Positions 63,169-64,000 of a stretch of DNA of 64,000 nt are shown here, piece by piece. How positions within the stretch are numbered: position 1 is the first letter of the stretch; every line of letters begins with the position of its first letter. The notes under the pieces were generated by a model. The model worked only from the letters and a program-made list of their open reading frames with translations. It was not told the DNA's origin and did no database searches. Origin of the DNA: Bilabrum cf. latius (taxonomy: Eukaryota); contig OZ237758.1 in NCBI GenBank assembly GCA_965178125.1, positions 62,001-126,000 of the forward strand, given 5' to 3'. Both the position numbers and the translations under genes were made by a program.

Positions 63169-63517
63169 GGGAACAAAGGAGGAGGGCGAGCTCGGTCCAA
63201 GCTGGCAGCGGGTGGCGCACAGGTGATGCGCGGCAAGCGGAGCACCGGGATGCGAGGCCTCCAAAAGGCAGCCAAGGCGGGGCCCGGCGCGGCAGCCGTG
63301 CAGCTCGGCCTCATGCAAGCTGCCAGCACCGGCCCGCTGGTGGGCGACCTCGACACCGTGGGCTGACTGAATATGGTTACGTGATCTTGTTGTTTGCACG
63401 GAGCAGAATGCCGGTTCGTGTTCGCAGATGGGTGTTCAGTTATCTCGGAACAGATTCAAACAACAAGCGGCCAACCTGATCGGCTCAGCCGTGTACGCTA
63501 GGCCTCGCTTCCAGAAC

Positions 63518-63885
63518 TCACGTGTCCACCTCGTCCACGACCTCTTCCCCGGCACCAGCGCCTCCCTCGTTTGCATCGCTCGTCCAGAGCGTCAAGTTGT
63601 CCCTGATGAGCTGCATGATGAGGGTTGCGTCGCGGTACTGCTCCTCCTCCAGGTTGTCGAGCTCCGAGATGGCCTTGTCGAAGGCGTCCTTGGCAAGAGC
63701 GCACGCCTTGCTCTGCTCGTGTCTGATTTCGTAATAAAACACTGAGAAATTCAAGGCGAGGCCCAATCGGATGGGGTGCGTGGTGGGCAGCTGCTCCTCG
63801 GCCAACTTGCGGGCCTCCTCGTACTTGTCGCACGCCTTGTCTGCGGCATCCTTCACGCTGGAGATCTCGGCCAGATATCTGTAGC
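63518..63885 (-). CDS. 14-3-3 protein, last exon (gene begins beyond window end)
   Basis: [46 protein letters not shown] stop. Confidence 0.96.
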
Positions 63886-64000
63886 TGCGAACAGAGCAAA
63901 CATGTGTCGAATACGCCATCAAGCGCTGGGTGGGATTGAGGGTAAAAGCGGACGACAATGGAGAACGAATGACTCAGCGCATCGTAGCAGCACTCACTAG

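Noticed and set aside
1-64000. Interrupted genes as pseudogenes or sequencing errors
   Set aside because: The interruptions are only TAG, always in frame, occur in essential genes on both strands, and downstream domains stay conserved.
1-64000. Suppressor tRNA(CUA) or eRF1 gene in this window
   Set aside because: I could not identify any tRNA, rRNA or release-factor gene by eye. The presence of TRM7 and a YbaK-like gene here is probably coincidental.

Overview
GC-rich, gene-dense, intron-poor nuclear DNA from a unicellular eukaryote. A tubular-mastigoneme (Ocm1/Sig1-type) gene points to a flagellated stramenopile; a bicosoecid-like style is my inference. About 24 protein-coding genes can be reconstructed, including BubR1/Mad3, UGGT, GGH, PRP16, a TRPV-like channel, TRM7, LSm7, Eco1, ROK1/DDX52, PPME1, an R3H-DExH helicase, CTDSPL2 and 14-3-3. 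Main finding: the ORF track is fragmented because TAG is a sense codon, almost certainly Gln. I count by hand about 100 in-frame TAGs in 19 genes, several at conserved Gln positions, while every reconstructed gene ends in TGA or TAA and no gene has an internal TAA. This is a variant nuclear code with UAG and UAA uncoupled. Second finding: a ~5.8 kb segment (about 29491-35261) bounded by a perfect 45-bp inverted repeat with terminal hairpins, carrying one ~1480-aa gene I cannot assign that also uses TAG as sense; it is a candidate unclassified mobile element. All homology calls are from motif recognition by eye, not database searches.
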